DNA of 64,000 nucleotides from Candidatus Latescibacterota bacterium (GCA_963791045.1 CAWBQK010000011.1:192001-256000), one strand, 5' to 3'. Positions 46,569 to 57,442 are shown, counted from the stretch's first letter. The notes: generated from the letters alone by a model not told the origin. Numbers and translations: made by a program.

Positions 46569-49500
46569 GTGAAGACTTTCATCTGTGCCGTATTGACGCT
46601 TCTCGTAATGACATCGATTCTGCCGTCCATAGCGGACGCGCAGATGGACACCAACCAGATTGCGCTCAGGCAAATGGCGACGAGGCTTGACAAGAAATGG
46701 GAGGATGGGCGGACACAATTATACTTCGATCTTTTGAACAACCCGAGTGCGGCTCAGCAGGTGCTCAATGAGAGCCCGAACATCGAGTTGATGTTTATCC
46801 GCGAGTCGGGCGTACCCGCATTCTACGTGACGGAAAACCTCGCCGCTGCGATAACGATCAGCACCAACCAGGTGTGGCCCGGCGGAGACACCGGCCTGGG
46901 CCTGTCGGGCGCCGGCACGCCGGGGTATCGACTGGGCATTTGGGACGGCGGTGGTGTTCGTCTCACGCACCAGGAGTTTGGCGGACGCGTCACACAAATG
47001 GACAGCCCATCGAGTTACAGCGATCACGCCACACATGTCGCCGGCACCATGGTTGCTGGTGGTTTCGTCGCAGGCGCCAAGGGAATGTCATACGCGGCCA
47101 ACCTGAACGCATGGGACTGGACGAACGACGAGTCCGAGATGGCCACCGCAGCCGCGGCGGGGATGCTCGCGTCGAACCACTCGTATGGATTTAGCACCGG
47201 ATGGCGATATGACGGCGCCAACTGGTACTGGTATGGCGACATCGGAGTCAGCCAAACCGAAGACTGGGGATTCGGGTTTTACAGCTCCGATACGCAGGAC
47301 ATGGATCAGATGACATACCTCGCACCATATTACTTGATGTGCCGGTCGGCCGGAAACGATCGGAACGAAAACGGTCCCGGCGTTGGTGGTGGTCATTACG
47401 TGTGGAACGGAGGATGGGTGTGGAGTACGACCACCCGCGATCCTGATGGCGGCGCCGATGGGTATGATTCGATCGGTTGGAAAAAGAACGCAAAAAATAT
47501 TTTGACGGTTGGTGCGGTGCTGGATATTCCGGGTGGCTACACGCAGCCCAGCGACGTCGTGCAGACGGCGTTCAGCAGCTGGGGCCCGACCGACGACGGC
47601 CGTATCAAACCGGATATCGTTGCCAACGGTTACGGACTTCTATCATCGATCGCCACCGGCGACGCGAGTTATTCGTCGTACAACGGAACATCGATGTCGA
47701 GTCCCAACGTGACCGGATCGGTAAACCTCCTCAACGGCCATTACATCGCGACAAAGGGTGCCAATCCATTGTCATCGACGATGAAGGCGATTCTCCTCCA
47801 CACGGCGGATGAAGCGGGCGCCGCGGACGGACCCGATTATCAGAATGGTTGGGGCCTCATGAACACGGCCAAGGCGGCCCTTGCGATTTCAGGCTCGGCA
47901 AATATCACCGAGGCCACTTTGGCAAACTCGACAACGCACACATATCTCTGCACGCTCGCCACGGCGTCGGATCTGCGGACCACCATGGTGTGGACCGACC
48001 TTGCGGGAACCCCTCCAGGGACGTCATTGAATCCGACCACGAAAATGCTCCGCAACGATCTCGACGTCCGCGTGGAACACCTCGTGTCGGCGACGGTGTA
48101 CGAGCCGTGGATTCTCGACGGCGCCAACCCGGCGAATCCGGCGACCACCGGCGACAACTCAGTGGACAATGTCGAACAGGTGATGATCGCGAACGCACCG
48201 GCGGGGATCTATGAAATTACAGTATCGCACAAAGGCAATATCGGCAGCGGTCAGACTTACTCGATCATTTGGGATAAGACGGCCGGCCCGGTTGTCAATG
48301 TCGTCATTCCGTCCTCCGGTTATGCGGATACCGGTATTCTGGTGACGATCGGCGGCGAGAACTTTGCCTACGGCGCCACGGTTGATATGGGCGCAGGAAT
48401 CACGGTCAACAGTGTCGTGACGGAAAGCCCCGACACGCTTCGCGTCGACATTTCGATCGACGCCGCGGCCGCGCTGGGAACCAGGGACGTTATCGTCACC
48501 AACGGCGGAACAATTGCGGACACGCTCTTTGCGGGCTTCATCGTCAAGACAACGACCCTTCACTATGTATCTCCCAGCGGCGGCAATGTGTATCCGTACG
48601 TCACGCCGGCCACGGCCGCGCTTGCCATCGCCGATGCGATCGGCGCCGCGGTTGAAGGGGATTCAGTCCTGGTAGAGACGGCCACCTACAGCGGTGTGTC
48701 ACTCTCGATCACAAAAGGCGTTGAACTCTACGGCGCCTGGGATGGAACGTTCACAAGTCGTGACCTCGCCACGGGTAAGTCCGTGATTTCTCTCAGCGGG
48801 GCGATCGCTATCGGTCCCGTTCCTTCCGGGACATGCATTGTGGACGGTTTCGAAATTCGGGATGGCACCGGAGTCACGTTGATCTCCCCGATTAGTGGAA
48901 AATATGGCGGCGCCATTTGGGTGTCGACTTCGAGCGTCGAAATCGCCAACTGTTATCTCCACGACAACAGCGCCGATAACGGTGCCTACGGTGCGGGCGG
49001 TGGGATTTACGCCACCGGCGCGACAATCGATATTATCGATACGGAAATCACTTCGTGCTCCGCCGTCCAGGGCGGCGCGATATTCCTCGAGAATTGCGAT
49101 GGCTCGATCTCAGGGTCGAACATTCACAATAACTCGCTCCTCTACAGTGGAAACCCGTCGAATGGCGGCGGTCTGTATATCGTCAACTCGTCGACGGTCG
49201 CGATGAGCGGCAATACCATCGATCAGAACACCGCCGATCCGGCATCTGGGAGCGGATTGAGCGGTGGTGGCCTCTACATCAAGAACACGACGTCCGTAAC
49301 GATGGACGGCGATGTTATTAGCTACAACGACGCGGGGATTTCAGGATCAAGCGGATCCGGCGGCGGGATACTCGTCGAGGCGTCAGGTCTGACGATGACC
49401 GGAGTGACACTCGAGGGGAACGAGGCCAAGACGTTTGGCGGCGGACTCAGTGTGGATGCCGCCTCAACCCTGTCGATGACGGATGGAATCGTCAACGGGA

Positions 49501-50576
49501 ACTCCGCTCTTATCGCCGGTGGCGGCTACATCGCGAGTACGGAGACCACGATCAACTACAATCTCGTGGTCGGCAATACGGGCACGGCCCTGTATTTGCT
49601 TTCACCGACGAGCGGCAGCTTTATCGGCAACACGATGGACCAGAACAGTGGGTCGTTCGGCGCCGCGTACTTCTCGAACACGGCAATCCCCGTTATCAAC
49701 AACATCGTCACCAATACGACGGGAAGCGGAATCAAGGCTGCGGGCGCGACGGTACCGTCGGTGACCTATTGCAACGTGTGGAACAACTCCGGCGTGGACT
49801 ACGATGGTGTCACGGCGGGTACGGGTTGTATTTCTCTCGATCCGATCTATGTGAATCCGGCTACGCCAGACTATCACCTTGCGCTCCACTCGCCGTCGAT
49901 CGACGCCGGTGATCCCGATCCGGGTTACTACGATCCGGATGGGTCGCGCGGTGACATGGGGGTCTACGGCTCGCACGCGTTCACGATGGACCAGCCCGAG
50001 TATCCCAAAGATCTCGCCGCGGGTATCGTGTCGGGCGACGCCGTCCTGGTCTGGAACACAAATCCCGAACCCGATGTGACGCACTACGCGGTTTATAAGA
50101 ATGCCGATCCGGCCTTCATTCCGTCGTCGGCTAACTTTGTCACGCTGGTTGCAGCACCGGACACCACGTACAACGACGGTACGGCGGTCAGCGGCATGTA
50201 TTACAAGGTGAACGCCGTCGACGCGACCGACTATGCAGGCGGCTACGCCGGCCCGGTTGAGGCGGAAGCAACGGGTATCGGTGATGATGTTGTGTCGTTC
50301 ACCAACAACCTGTCGCAAAACCATCCCAACCCGTTCAACCCGACGACAAGGATCTCGTACGAGATCCGGTCGCGTGTCCACGTCTCGCTCTCCGTGTACG
50401 ACGTGCAGGGCCGGACGATTAAGACTCTCGTGAACGAGGTCAAGAGTCCCGGGCAGTTCACCGCCCAGTGGGATGGAACCAACAACAACGGTTCGCGCGT
50501 ATCGACAGGCGTGTACTTCTACCGGTTGAACGCCGGGTCGTTCGTGCAGACCAAGAAAATGGTAATGCTGAAATAA
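46569..50576 (+). CDS. Secreted S8 subtilisin-family peptidase with Ig-like, parallel beta-helix and FlgD-Ig/T9SS-like domains
   Basis: IWDGG, HATHVAGT, SAGN, GTSMSSP; GGGLY beta-helix repeats; tail QNHPNPFNPTT...GVYFYRL; promoter TTGATA-17-TATACT at 46452-46480. Confidence 0.92.
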   Translation: MKTFICAVLTLLVMTSILPSIADAQMDTNQIALRQMATRLDKKWEDGRTQLYFDLLNNPSAAQQVLNESPNIELMFIRESGVPAFYVTENLAAAITISTNQVWPGGDTGLGLSGAGTPGYRLGIWDGGGVRLTHQEFGGRVTQMDSPSSYSDHATHVAGTMVAGGFVAGAKGMSYAANLNAWDWTNDESEMATAAAAGMLASNHSYGFSTGWRYDGANWYWYGDIGVSQTEDWGFGFYSSDTQDMDQMTYLAPYYLMCRSAGNDRNENGPGVGGGHYVWNGGWVWSTTTRDPDGGADGYDSIGWKKNAKNILTVGAVLDIPGGYTQPSDVVQTAFSSWGPTDDGRIKPDIVANGYGLLSSIATGDASYSSYNGTSMSSPNVTGSVNLLNGHYIATKGANPLSSTMKAILLHTADEAGAADGPDYQNGWGLMNTAKAALAISGSANITEATLANSTTHTYLCTLATASDLRTTMVWTDLAGTPPGTSLNPTTKMLRNDLDVRVEHLVSATVYEPWILDGANPANPATTGDNSVDNVEQVMIANAPAGIYEITVSHKGNIGSGQTYSIIWDKTAGPVVNVVIPSSGYADTGILVTIGGENFAYGATVDMGAGITVNSVVTESPDTLRVDISIDAAAALGTRDVIVTNGGTIADTLFAGFIVKTTTLHYVSPSGGNVYPYVTPATAALAIADAIGAAVEGDSVLVETATYSGVSLSITKGVELYGAWDGTFTSRDLATGKSVISLSGAIAIGPVPSGTCIVDGFEIRDGTGVTLISPISGKYGGAIWVSTSSVEIANCYLHDNSADNGAYGAGGGIYATGATIDIIDTEITSCSAVQGGAIFLENCDGSISGSNIHNNSLLYSGNPSNGGGLYIVNSSTVAMSGNTIDQNTADPASGSGLSGGGLYIKNTTSVTMDGDVISYNDAGISGSSGSGGGILVEASGLTMTGVTLEGNEAKTFGGGLSVDAASTLSMTDGIVNGNSALIAGGGYIASTETTINYNLVVGNTGTALYLLSPTSGSFIGNTMDQNSGSFGAAYFSNTAIPVINNIVTNTTGSGIKAAGATVPSVTYCNVWNNSGVDYDGVTAGTGCISLDPIYVNPATPDYHLALHSPSIDAGDPDPGYYDPDGSRGDMGVYGSHAFTMDQPEYPKDLAAGIVSGDAVLVWNTNPEPDVTHYAVYKNADPAFIPSSANFVTLVAAPDTTYNDGTAVSGMYYKVNAVDATDYAGGYAGPVEAEATGIGDDVVSFTNNLSQNHPNPFNPTTRISYEIRSRVHVSLSVYDVQGRTIKTLVNEVKSPGQFTAQWDGTNNNGSRVSTGVYFYRLNAGSFVQTKKMVMLK

Positions 50577-50595
50577 TTCGTGCTTTGGTTAGTTC

Positions 50596-50644
50596 AAAAA
50601 CCCGGTCACCGATGACGAAGTCGGCGGCCGGGTTTTTTTATTTT
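50596..50644 (+). terminator. Intrinsic terminator
   Basis: AAAAACCCGGTCACCGA ... TCGGCGGCCGGGTTTTTT. Confidence 0.75.
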
Positions 50645-50819
50645 CTTGTTCGTTCGCGCCGCGTAACCAGGAACCAATTCGATTCACCACCGCAATACGC
50701 ATTTCTTATCAACCAATTTGACAGTCGAATGTGAATCGTGTTGCCAAAATACGGGGTGGCGGTATGTGGCCATCTCTATAACTCGTTATATAACCACATA
50801 TACCGTCTGTCCTCCGAAG

Positions 50820-50834
50820 TGGCACGCCGGTTGC
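50820..50834 (+). promoter_or_regulatory. Consensus sigma54 promoter with no annotated gene downstream
   Basis: TGGCACG-CCGG-TTGC; AT-rich tract at 50776-50802. Confidence 0.75.
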
Positions 50835-50845
50835 CATAGGACATT

Positions 50846-51117
50846 ACAACAATCAACTCGAGACCCCGCTAAGCCTACTGCTCAACGCGAACACGACACC
50901 TCGCGTCGCGGATGGCTAGCTCGAATCGTCCAGGGGTGGAGGGTTACAGGCATCCGAGAGGAGGTACTCACGACATTGTGCGGCATTGATTCCCCCAAGG
51001 CCACCCAAGGCCGCCAACTTGCACCAGCAGGCTTTGTTCGCGCAATATTGATGAGAAGGAAAGTGCAATCCAACGGATGACCTTAAAGCCCCGCGATGAC
51101 CGCGGGGCTTTTTATTT
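50846..51117 (+). ncRNA. Candidate sigma54-dependent sRNA or small-ORF transcript
   Basis: Bounded by the sigma54 promoter and the terminator AAAGCCCCGCG-ATGAC-CGCGGGGCTTTTTATTT. Confidence 0.5.
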
Positions 51118-51148
51118 GTGAAGACGAAGAGGACGCACTCGACATGAC

Positions 51149-51673
51149 TTACCTCTTTAACATTGAGAAACACGTGGGACAGAACTCGGGGTTCTTGACA
51201 TCAATGTCTTCGACAAACGTCGACGAGTGCATGACGCAGGAGTAGTTGTCGCAGTGCTTGAGATTGAAGGTGTGGCCGAGTTCGTGGAACACTTCTTTCT
51301 CGAGCCTGTGGAGTTCGGTGTCGGGATCGTCGGGAAGTCCATAAAAAGAATTTCGCAGACGATGACACGATGCCACGGCGACGGAGCCGTCGAGCTGAGC
51401 TTCGCCAAAAACATGGGTGAGAACGGGGATAAATAAATCCTGATCGGTGATCCCGATGAGTTTTGAGTCGGAGGGCACGACCTTGAGGAGTTCGAGGAGC
51501 AGAGACGTAGAATTATACTGCATCCGTCTATCGTCGAACGAGCCGCGAAGGTCGATGGCGGGTGCGAAAGAAGCGGACGGAACTCCGAAAACTTCGGGTA
51601 TCCGACGCAAGATATGACTCATGGAGCCTTCTTTTGGTGTTACAAGAGGCGCCACGTAGATTGTCGAGATCAT
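51149..51673 (-). CDS. Archaemetzincin-family (M54) zinc metalloprotease
   Basis: RMQYNS, DLFIPVLTHVFGEA, KEVFHELGHTFNLKHC...CVM..S...D.K...CPTC. Confidence 0.9.
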   Translation of the reverse strand: MISTIYVAPLVTPKEGSMSHILRRIPEVFGVPSASFAPAIDLRGSFDDRRMQYNSTSLLLELLKVVPSDSKLIGITDQDLFIPVLTHVFGEAQLDGSVAVASCHRLRNSFYGLPDDPDTELHRLEKEVFHELGHTFNLKHCDNYSCVMHSSTFVEDIDVKNPEFCPTCFSMLKR

Positions 51674-53022
51674 TCGCCTTGTTTGGTGAGTCCGAACTTC
51701 TTGATTTTGTTGTATAAGGTCACCCGGTCGATACCGAGTTTCTTGGCTGCCTGGGTAATGTTCCAGCCGGTCTGTTCGAGAACGGTAACTATATGATTCT
51801 TCTCAACAGATTCCAACGAGTCGTTCGGCGCGGGTTTCTCCACCTCTGGGCCGTGAAGCGCCAGGCATTCCGGACGAATCTCGGTGAACCGGCATGCGAC
51901 GACGGCGCGTTCTATGGCATTCTTGAGTTCGCGGACGTTGCCCGGCCAGTCGTGATGAACGAGCTCGTCCATCGCCTCATCCGTAATGGAGTCTATCGGT
52001 TTGTTGATCTGTCGCGCGTATTTCTGTACGAAATGTTCGACGAGCACTGGAATATCCGAACGCCGCTCGCGAAGCGGCGGAATCGTGATAGGGAACACAT
52101 TGATCCGGTAGTAGAAGTCTTCCCTGAAATCTCCACGCTTGATGGCCTCTTCGAGATCCTGGTTGGTCGCGCAGATCACGCGGAAATCAACCGAGATGAG
52201 CTGATTGCCTCCGAGCCTCGTGAACTGCCGGGTCTCGAGTGCGCGGAGAAGATCGATCTGTGTTTTCGCGCTTATCGTTCCGATCTCGTCCAGAAAGAGC
52301 GTTCCGCCGTCGGCAACCTCGAGCTTGCCTTTGTGCCTGTATTGAGCGCCGGTAAAAGAACCCTTTTCGTGTCCAAAAAGCTCGCTCTCGAGAAGCGACT
52401 CATTGAGAGCGCCGCAGTTTACCGGCACCAGGGGAAAATAGCGGCGGGGGCTCTTGGCATGGATGAGCCTGGCGACGAGTTCTTTGCCCGTTCCGCTCTC
52501 GCCGCGAATGAGAACCGTTACATCGGATTGGGCAACGGTGTTGCTGAGTTCCTTGAGTTTCTGAACGGCGGGGCTTTCCCCGATCAGGTCGTCCTCGAAG
52601 GCCAGCTCTTCGATCCGCTTTCTCAATTCGATGTTCTCTTTTTTGAGCATCCGCTGTTCGACGGCGCGCGCGACGAGACGGCTGAGATCGTCGGGGTCGA
52701 TCGGTTTGGTGACATAGTCGAATGCCCCCTCCTTCAACGCCTCGACCGCCGTATCGACCGACGCATACGCAGTGATCATAATCACGATGATGCTTGGATC
52801 GATCCGTTTGATTCGTTTTTGAAGCTCCATGCCGTCGATGTTGGGCATCATGATGTCGAGGAGGACGATGTCGAAGGATTTCTCGGAGAACTGTTTTAAC
52901 GCGTCGGCGGCATCTTCGGCCTTGTGCGCGTCATAACCGTCCTTGTTGAACCAGTCACAAAGCGAGTTGCGAACGGCAGATTCGTCGTCGACAACCAGAA
53001 TTGAGATCGCGTCGTTTTTCAT
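51670..53022 (-). CDS. NtrC-family sigma54-dependent response regulator
   Basis: Receiver (VVDDE, LLDIMMP); GESGTGKE; ESELFGHEKGSFTGA; WPGNVREL; Fis HTH. Confidence 0.95.
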   Translation of the reverse strand: MKNDAISILVVDDESAVRNSLCDWFNKDGYDAHKAEDAADALKQFSEKSFDIVLLDIMMPNIDGMELQKRIKRIDPSIIVIMITAYASVDTAVEALKEGAFDYVTKPIDPDDLSRLVARAVEQRMLKKENIELRKRIEELAFEDDLIGESPAVQKLKELSNTVAQSDVTVLIRGESGTGKELVARLIHAKSPRRYFPLVPVNCGALNESLLESELFGHEKGSFTGAQYRHKGKLEVADGGTLFLDEIGTISAKTQIDLLRALETRQFTRLGGNQLISVDFRVICATNQDLEEAIKRGDFREDFYYRINVFPITIPPLRERRSDIPVLVEHFVQKYARQINKPIDSITDEAMDELVHHDWPGNVRELKNAIERAVVACRFTEIRPECLALHGPEVEKPAPNDSLESVEKNHIVTVLEQTGWNITQAAKKLGIDRVTLYNKIKKFGLTKQGE

Positions 53023-53111
53023 CTCGTCCCCTTGTACAAGAACTCAAAAACCGTCCAGATCGGTCTATTGCTTTATGTGAATACCCGGCGGCGTTGAGCC
53101 CGAAATCCGGC

Positions 53112-54746
53112 TCAAGCTCTTCTTATCTCATTCTCTTCTTGAGAATTTTTCTGTTCCGGTTCCCTGGGTAGTGTGACCTTGATGGTCGTACCCTTCCCTA
53201 TCGATGAGTCGACGTCGATTCGTCCCTGGTGCCGCCTGACGATTCCATAAACAACCGACAGCCCCAGGCCGAGCCCCGATTCGCCCTGCTTTCCTTCTTT
53301 TGTCGTAAAGAAGGGTTCGAAAATATGCGGGATCACATCGCTTGGAATTCCGCACCCGGTGTCGATAATATGGATCGACACCGTAGAATCGTCGCCCATG
53401 GTCCTGAGCGTGAGTTTTCCGCTTTCGGGCATGGATTCCACCGCGTTTATGCACGGAGCGATGAGTGCCTGCTGGATCTGTTTGGGATCGCAGTGAACCG
53501 TGTCATCTCCGGTCATAAAATCGGTTATTAATTCGATTTTTGCCATTTGGAAATGGTGGGCGAGAAGCGTTAGCGTCTGATCGACGATGTGGTTGAGGTT
53601 CTGTCTGGTGAATTCACCACCTGTTTGACGGGCAAAATCGAGGAGGTTCTTTACAATATCGCCGCAGCGGCTGGATTCCTCTTTGATGATGGACAGGTAT
53701 TTTTCGAAGTTTGGTACCTGCTCGGGCTTGATCCCCTCGGCGTCGAGCTCGCGGAGCGAAAGCTTGGCATATGTGAGTATTCCGAAGAGCGGGTTGTTGA
53801 TTTCATGAGCGATACTTGCCGAAAGCTTGCCCAGAGACGCCATTTTTTCCATATGGACGACCTGTGCCTGGACCTGCTCGAGCTCTTTTGTTTTCTGGTC
53901 TATTCGATCCTCCAGCGTACGGCCCCACTCGTGAAGCTCGTCCTGGGCGGTCTGCAGGTCGTCCGCCATACTGTTGAACGAGCCGGCGAGTTTGCCGAGT
54001 TCGTCGCCCGTTTGAATGGGAATACGCGTGCCAAGGTCCCCGGCGGCAATGGTGCTCATTCCCTGGCTGAGCTGCATGATCGGTTTTCTTATCGTTCGGT
54101 AGATGAATAATCCCGATAAGATCGAAATTATCAGCGCTGTTCCAAGCGACGAGATAATCAGCGCCCAGCGTCCAGCTGCGACATTCTTGTCAACGGACGC
54201 AAGTGACATCTTGACATCGAGAACACCGAGAACGGTCTGGTCGGGGGGGTGAGCGTGACACGGGTCGTTGATGCACGCCGGTTCGTTCTGGATCGGACTT
54301 ATCAGGCCCAGGACGTGGCCCTGTTCTTCTGATCGGAATACCCTCATTCGGTTGACCGTGGGGACCGATTTGAGCGGTTCATCGGAGTTGTGGCACATGT
54401 AACACGCTTCGGCCCGCATGTCGACCTGGTCGCCGATTTTCAATGTATCGGTTGAAAATATCACCTGGCCGGTCTTGTTATAAATATTGATGCCGACAAA
54501 ACCCAACTCGATGCCCAATGTTCCAATGATTTGCTGAACATCGTCCTTGCGGTTGACGAGCATGCTGTATCGGGTCGAACGCATGATGAGATCGCTGGCA
54601 CGGATGGCGTTTGCGTGGATGTAGTCGGTCATGAAGGCCGAAGTCATCCGGATGTTGATATAGGTGTGGATGCTGAAGATGACAAGCATCACGATAAGGA
54701 GAAGCAGGAAGAGCTTGGCGCTCAAGGTTCTTGCGGGGAATTTCAT
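53112..54746 (-). CDS. HAMP-domain sensor histidine kinase with periplasmic Cys/His motifs
   Basis: Two TM helices; CYMCH and CINDPCH; HAMP; AHEINNPL; DTGCGI, FEPFFTTK, GLGL. Confidence 0.93.
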   Translation of the reverse strand: MKFPARTLSAKLFLLLLIVMLVIFSIHTYINIRMTSAFMTDYIHANAIRASDLIMRSTRYSMLVNRKDDVQQIIGTLGIELGFVGINIYNKTGQVIFSTDTLKIGDQVDMRAEACYMCHNSDEPLKSVPTVNRMRVFRSEEQGHVLGLISPIQNEPACINDPCHAHPPDQTVLGVLDVKMSLASVDKNVAAGRWALIISSLGTALIISILSGLFIYRTIRKPIMQLSQGMSTIAAGDLGTRIPIQTGDELGKLAGSFNSMADDLQTAQDELHEWGRTLEDRIDQKTKELEQVQAQVVHMEKMASLGKLSASIAHEINNPLFGILTYAKLSLRELDAEGIKPEQVPNFEKYLSIIKEESSRCGDIVKNLLDFARQTGGEFTRQNLNHIVDQTLTLLAHHFQMAKIELITDFMTGDDTVHCDPKQIQQALIAPCINAVESMPESGKLTLRTMGDDSTVSIHIIDTGCGIPSDVIPHIFEPFFTTKEGKQGESGLGLGLSVVYGIVRRHQGRIDVDSSIGKGTTIKVTLPREPEQKNSQEENEIRRA

Positions 54747-54903
54747 CGCTCGTTGCTTTGCCTTTTTCGGGGCGCTGGATGTCGAGAAATTGGAACTCGA
54801 ATTGTGGTACCAGTGTACGCCTGAATCGGGCCGCACTCAAGGACGAAAACCAATCGTCTTCAAGTACGGCCCGTTCGCAGGTTGTTATGCCAAATCCGTC
54901 TCT

Positions 54904-56466
54904 TTATTCGGATGAATGGCAGGTTTCACAATCACCGTCGGAGGCAAACGCGTCTTCACCATTGTGACATTTCCCGCACGACTTGCCTTCGTACATCGTC
55001 TCCATAAGATAGGAGGCTGCGTTCCTTGTTTGCTCGGGCACCAGAGCGAAATCACCCGTGTGACATGTCTCGCACGAGGGCGCCTTTGAATCGACATGCG
55101 TCTCGTGACTAAAGACAACCACGCCGGGGCTGTCTTCCCCGAGCGTCATCCGGATGTCTCCGATCTTCAGCGCTTCACGATACGCCAGATTGGGGATGTT
55201 CTCGGTCGAACCAACAACCGCTGCTTCAGAATCGCGGTTCTGGAGCTTCGTGCTGAATCCGAAAATCATGAAACCGATGATGAGAAAACCCCAGAGACCA
55301 AGAATAAGCCGGCCCTGAAACACCGGTTTGGTTCTCGGTGCCTGCGTGGGGAGCGCCATCGGTGAGGGTTTTTCTTCGGGAAACACTTCGAGATATTTGA
55401 CGGCAAGGCCAAACAGGGCAAACCCGGCTGCCACGATCGCCGCTGTAATTGCGAACTCCATCCACGATGGAATGTAGTCGACGCCCGACGCCCTGGCCAT
55501 GCCGGTTATCGCGACATTCAGCCGGTTGATGATAAAGCCCATGATGGTGAGCATCGCACCAAAGAAAAGCCCTCCTTCGGATGCGCGAATCCTTGGCATC
55601 ATGAAGAGAATCATCGGAAGAACGACTCCGAGGCCCATCTCACCCCAGAACATCACGCTTTCCTGGGTGAGCTTGAACATCAGGTGTAATTCGCCGCGGC
55701 CGTTCAAGTCCATGAATTTCCACACAAGAAGCACGGCGAGAATGACGACGATGGTTCGTGCGACGCCCTCGAGGAGATCGTGCTCGAGCCTTCTGCCAAA
55801 TGCCCTCCAACTCATAAACGATTCGAAGATCGTCATCGCGAGCCCCCCCGCGATGGCGGATAAGAAGAAAAACACGGGCAGGAGCGGTGTGTACCACAAC
55901 CCGTATAGCTTATCCGGGACGATCACATAGACTGTTCCCAGAGATGACTGGTGAAGGGTGGAAAGCAAGACGCCAAGGATGACCAGCGGAATATAGACCG
56001 CGTTGATGAACTTGAGCGGCTTCTGAAGATTGAATCTTTTCAGGACGAGTGGACTGAATTCGAGTGCGAGAACCGTTGTGTAGAACATCACGCACATCGC
56101 TACTTCGAACATCACCGAGTGGGGGTTGCCCATAACCATCGGATGCCAGATCCGATACGGCCGACCGATGTCGATAAGAAGCGCGACCACGACCAGGACA
56201 TAGCCGAGAAAAGCGGTCAAGATTGTGGGGCGTGCGATATCCTCGTATTTTTCGAGGTGAAAAATGTGGACGGTTGCCGCGATGACGAACCCGCCGGCGG
56301 CAAGACCGACACCCACAAGGATGTCAAACCCGATCCATAGCCCCCAGGGGAATTGATCGGAGAGGTTGGTTGCCGCGCCGAGTCCCTGTGCGAAGCGGAC
56401 GACGGTTGCGTAAATCCCGAGCGCCATTATTATCGCAAAGATGCCCTTCCATACTTTACCCATCAT
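54904..56466 (-). CDS. NrfD/HybB-family membrane subunit fused to a c7-type triheme cytochrome
   Basis: PWGLWIGFD, DIGRP, SVMFEV, LSTLHQSSLG; C-terminal FSHETH, CETCH, CGKCH, CETCH. Confidence 0.9.
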   Translation of the reverse strand: MMGKVWKGIFAIIMALGIYATVVRFAQGLGAATNLSDQFPWGLWIGFDILVGVGLAAGGFVIAATVHIFHLEKYEDIARPTILTAFLGYVLVVVALLIDIGRPYRIWHPMVMGNPHSVMFEVAMCVMFYTTVLALEFSPLVLKRFNLQKPLKFINAVYIPLVILGVLLSTLHQSSLGTVYVIVPDKLYGLWYTPLLPVFFFLSAIAGGLAMTIFESFMSWRAFGRRLEHDLLEGVARTIVVILAVLLVWKFMDLNGRGELHLMFKLTQESVMFWGEMGLGVVLPMILFMMPRIRASEGGLFFGAMLTIMGFIINRLNVAITGMARASGVDYIPSWMEFAITAAIVAAGFALFGLAVKYLEVFPEEKPSPMALPTQAPRTKPVFQGRLILGLWGFLIIGFMIFGFSTKLQNRDSEAAVVGSTENIPNLAYREALKIGDIRMTLGEDSPGVVVFSHETHVDSKAPSCETCHTGDFALVPEQTRNAASYLMETMYEGKSCGKCHNGEDAFASDGDCETCHSSE

Positions 56467-57242
56467 TCCCCTCCCTTCTCGTCGAGCTTTGTGACCTCGC
56501 GATTGCTTGCCTCATTGCCGAGTTTTTCCAAGGTCATCCGCCGTTTGATGATCCAGTGGATTCCCACAAGCCCGACGCCGCCCACCGCAACTATGCTGGG
56601 GATCTTTGAAAGGATATTCCAGGTGAGATGCGGGTACGAGGTTCCCTGCTGGACTGATTTGAATCCCAGCTCCTCGAACGGCACCGGCGAGAGATAAAGG
56701 ACTCCCGTACCGCCGGCCTCGGTCTCGCCGTAAATGTGATTTACGTACCGGCTGGGACTCCCTGCGATCCGTCCCCGAGCTTCATGGAGGAGTTCATCAC
56801 GGTCGCCGAACTTCGTGGCGCCGGTGGGGCAGACCGATGTACACGCCGGCTCTTTGCCCTCTTTGACTCTTTTGTCGTAGCACATGATGCATTTCTGTAC
56901 CTTCGGCAGGGGGCTTCCCCACTCATAGGTTGGAATCTCGAACGGGCACGCCATCATACAATAACGGCACCCGATACACCGCCACTCATCATAGATGACG
57001 GGTCCTTCGGGTGTTTTCCTGAGTGCTGTGACGGGACAAACAGACACACAGGTCGGTTCGTGGCAGTGCATGCACTGCTGGCGTATGTTGATCCCCTTTT
57101 CCTGCCGGATGGCTGTCCAGGCATTGTCAGACAGTTTTGATGGCTTGTGTTGCGTGGGTAGCTCGTTGATCTCCTGGCATGCAAGCGTACAGGCGCCGCA
57201 GCCGATACACTTTGTGAGATCAGTTAAGATCGCAGCTTCCAT
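56463..57242 (-). CDS. HybA/FdnH-like 4Fe-4S dicluster protein with C-terminal TM helix
   Basis: CIGCGAC, CMHC..P.C..VCP, CIGCRYC..ACP, KCIMC...PAC...CP. Confidence 0.92.
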   Translation of the reverse strand: MEAAILTDLTKCIGCGACTLACQEINELPTQHKPSKLSDNAWTAIRQEKGINIRQQCMHCHEPTCVSVCPVTALRKTPEGPVIYDEWRCIGCRYCMMACPFEIPTYEWGSPLPKVQKCIMCYDKRVKEGKEPACTSVCPTGATKFGDRDELLHEARGRIAGSPSRYVNHIYGETEAGGTGVLYLSPVPFEELGFKSVQQGTSYPHLTWNILSKIPSIVAVGGVGLVGIHWIIKRRMTLEKLGNEASNREVTKLDEKGGE

Positions 57243-57367
57243 GTGTCACATCCTCCTCCCCTGATGGTGACGTTCTGGTTATCGAGAAAAAGCCGTTCGA
57301 GAAAACGGCCATGAAGGGTTAGTTGAGTTTACTGAAAATCCGTCCGGTTGTCACCAGACGTTCAGAA

Positions 57368-57399
57368 CTCGTGCGCGCCCCTTCGAGGGCGCGCACGAG
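57368..57399. terminator. GC-rich hairpin between the gcvH-like and 4Fe-4S genes
   Basis: CTCGTGCGCGCCC / GGGCGCGCACGAG 13-bp stem. Confidence 0.55.
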
Positions 57400-57442
57400 A
57401 TTTTCGCCGGCGTTCGTCACGCCGATTGCTTGACCACGAACC

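Noticed and set aside
54904-57242. Calling the pair a [NiFe]-hydrogenase (hybAB) operon
   Set aside because: No small or large hydrogenase subunit or maturation genes in the cluster; only family-level similarity is supported
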